Assembly (NCBI GenBank): GCA_040954595.2
Contig: CM082597.2
Location: 8,452,343 to 8,516,342 of the forward strand
Source: Balanoglossus misakiensis
Taxonomy: Eukaryota; Animalia; Hemichordata
Reading direction: 5' to 3'
Length of the DNA stretch: 64,000 bases
Every line of letters begins with the position of its first letter. Position 1 is the first letter of the stretch. A program made the translations under genes and the position numbers. Positions 61,506 to 64,000 of this stretch are shown here, in pieces. The notes beneath the pieces were generated by a model. It had not been told where the DNA came from. It made no database searches and was given only the letters and a program-made list of their open reading frames with translations.

Positions 61506-62423
61506 CTAGTCGTTTTTTGACCGGTCACCATTGTTCACCTGGATAATGTGACCTCTTCTAATCCTCAAGTTCTTTTCGCCCATTTCAATTCTCCTTTTCA
61601 TCTCTCTTTTCAACGCTTGGTCTTCTTCCTGTTGTTTTTTAGTTCAGTCAGGAGTGATAAACACCTCGGTAAAATCTTTCCTGCAACTTGATTTCAGCTT
61701 CTTTGCATTCATGAAAATCAGTCTTCTATCCGCTGGCTCATGCAATACCATCTTGATTGGTCTGGAGTAGGTTTCGCCTCTCTTCAGACCAATGCGCTGA
61801 ACTGTGAATTTGGCCTGCGTTATAGTAGGTAACGCTATCTCCTTCATGATCTCCTCGACCACTATTTCATCTGCTTTTCCTTCAACTTCTTTACAGTGCT
61901 TTATCATCACATTGTTGCGTCTTCTTTCTCTGTCCATCTCCTCCCATACATATTCAGGAACTGATTGTTTTATATCAGAAACACTTGCTTTGACTTCCGT
62001 TATAGATCCATCTATTTTTGTCAAGGATACGCTCATGTCCTGCACATCCCTCTCAAGTTTCTCTTGTCTTTGCTCAAATTGGCTCATCATTTTCAGTAGA
62101 CTAGCGGCACAGGTGTTGCACTTAGCACAATACCAATGGATCGGACTATTGTCGTCGTTCGCGTTGGCACTCAAAAACTAGTAGGTAGATTTGTTCACAT
62201 TTTCGCAGGCAATATGATGCCAAAAGTTACATATGCCACATAGAATTGCGTCATCGTTCTCATCTACAGATTTTATACATGTTCCGCATCGGTTGGAGAT
62301 GTCCGTCGCTGGGATATTGCCAGTCTTTTCCTTCGATTTTGATGCGCTACCTCTACGGGTTGCGTATTGTCTTGCTGATGTCTTCGATGTCATGTGCGCC
62401 ATATTGGACGCCATTTTGAACAT
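61506..62423 (-). pseudogene. LINE ORF1 (PHD finger + coiled coil + L1/CR1 ORF1-like C-terminus) with two in-frame stops
   Basis: CGTC...CGICNFWHHIAC...WYCAKC PHD pattern; RRRNNVMI, RIG, RPIKM, VFITPD*TKKQQEE. Stops at 62178-62180 and 61644-61646. Confidence 0.85.
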
Positions 62424-64000
62424 ACAAGAGAGCTCGAAAATTGCCAGATCCGCAGGCTATTCAAAAAACGGCCAAAGCCAATAATAACGTTTTCACTGGG
62501 TCCCTCGGTGCTTCATCGAATCTCGGCGAAAGTTCGGTACAGAGACTCAAGCGACTAGACGGGGATTTTTCAGAGCAAAAATGGACCGACCAAACTGTAG
62601 ACACGACCTTCACGGTGCGCCCTCTATCTCACATACGTTATTAGACCAAACCATGGTGGAGAAAGGGTTAAAACAACTTAGCCTCATCAGATCCTAATGT
62701 GTGTAGCTTCTGTTTTTTTAATCCATTTTAGTTTTTGAGCCAAGGAAGGATCTCATGTGATGTGTTGACTGTACATAATCAGTGAGTACTGGGTATGAGA
62801 ACTGACTGATGTTTACTTAATCCACTTAATCCGTGGATGAAGCACACAGATTAAGTCGTTAGCAGGTGCTTAATGGGAAATTCGATAGCTAGTATTCTGG
62901 ATTAGCAACTGATAAGGACAGGTTGGGGTAACACAGAAAAATAAACAAGCACAGAGACTGTTCAGCAAGTACTGTTTATTGGGCGAAAAATGCAGATAAA
63001 AACTCCGCCATTTATAACTTTAATGTTTGCATCCTCCTGTGCCATCAGGATGCTTAGCAAATACACTGACTTCTGACATCATCTAAAGGGCAATGATCGC
63101 CTAAAACACTGTGACTTCTGATCGTCTTATGCGTAAATGCCAAACCAGAGACTCTGGTTACAAAAATTGTACACAGTCAATGAAGGCAGTAGCTGTCCTA
63201 ATAAGCCAAATCCCATTAACTACACAGTAAGAACAAGTTTAGTGCATTTCCGAAAATTTTCATGAAGGCAACTCCATTGAATTTTTTTTGCCGGTCAAAA
63301 TAGCGCCCTCAGTGGTGATTTTGATGAAATGAAAGCCGAAATATTACGGCTATTTGTCCAGATCATCAGTTCAGGTCTCATATAATGCCACTTATGTGGC
63401 AAACTCAAAATGCAGCTAATAGTTTATAAACATATGCTGTTTGTTTTTGTCTTAAAGAATCTAGTGCTAGCAGGCAAAAGTTTTATAATGTACGAAAATT
63501 GTCTTATGCGTAGTGCCAAACCAGGACCCTGTTTACAAAAATGGTATACAGTCAAAGCCATAAGGCAGTGTGCTGTCCTCACAACAGACAAGATGGCGGC
63601 ATCCAGAGTCTGTGTATGAGATCGGGAGAAGACAGCAAATTGGATGAAAAGAAGAGACAAAACTAAAGTTAACTTATACGGTGCCCATGAAATGTGGAAG
63701 GAAGCGAAGGCAGTCCACTATTTGAATGCGTCAAACGCAAAATCTGCAGAACAATGTGGATTCTTGGATGTAAAGTTTGTACACACAAAATTACTCATAT
63801 GCGCATAAGACGATTGTCGGCCTTTATAGCAACTTGAGACATTTAGCAAACACAATATATAACCTAGAGTGATGATAGGTATTTACATATTTAAAAATCA
63901 CTATCATTAACATCAGAGCATTGCCTGTCATAAAGTAATAATAATAGTGAGGGCTTATGTGGTGCATGTATCCACAATTGTGCAGAATGCGCTTAACAGT

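Larger units (their letters stand above)
58594..62636 (-). mobile_element. Full-length decayed CR1-clade LINE (about 4.04 kb) with 8-bp TSD GTTATTAG
   Basis: ORF1 with PHD finger plus ORF2 APE-RT; 3' tail (CTGAA)n at about 58594-58613; GTTATTAG at both 58586-58593 and 62637-62644. Confidence 0.92.
58528..62667. mobile_element. About 90-bp piggyBac-like MITE (TTAA CCCTTTC...GAAAGGG TTAA) split by the LINE
   Basis: TTAA at 58524-58527 and 62668-62671; terminal CCCTTTC/GAAAGGG. A related decayed copy lies at about 44990-45070. Confidence 0.7.
58215..63042. repeat. Imperfect inverted repeats (about 190 bp) flanking the MITE + LINE (outer foldback element)
   Basis: gcaaacattaaagttataaatggcggagtt (58230-58259) versus aactccgccatttataactttaatgtttgc (63001-63030); 58321-58400 is inverted at about 62800-62885. 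Confidence 0.65.

Noticed and set aside
60647-62484. Plus-strand ORFs over the LINE
   Set aside because: Antisense shadows of LINE ORF1/ORF2.

Overview
Eukaryotic, AT-rich, intron-containing animal DNA. A marine invertebrate is plausible, but that is inference only; most ORFs in the supplied track are spurious. Positions 1-42.6 kb hold a tandem cluster of a minus-strand 13-exon gene that I reconstructed by hand from GT-AG sites with consistent codon phases. Its layout is signal/anchor - C-type lectin domain - C-type lectin domain - polycystin-1-like (PKD1L-type) GAIN domain with an intact GPS site (CLCNHL|T). The reading frame stops 10-18 residues after the cleavage site, so the protein has no 7TM/11TM module. 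Two copies look intact: A at 1057-13335 (646 aa) and C at 31805-40467 (648 aa). Copy B (17451-28308) is truncated and disrupted by a transposon, and relics of at least one further paralog lie at 40.7-42.6 kb. The lectin exons are strongly diverged between copies while the GAIN exons are conserved. At about 48-52.4 kb (+) is a multi-exon tectonin/tachylectin-like beta-propeller membrane protein gene with an in-frame stop. At 58.6-62.6 kb (-) is a full-length but decayed CR1-type LINE with an 8-bp TSD, nested in a small TTAA MITE inside a larger foldback. The rest is non-autonomous DNA transposons (Harbinger-, Kolobok-, Academ-, Helentron- and Tc1/pogo-like), LTR-like remnants and two head-to-tail element arrays. 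Paralogous empty sites define several insertions to the base.
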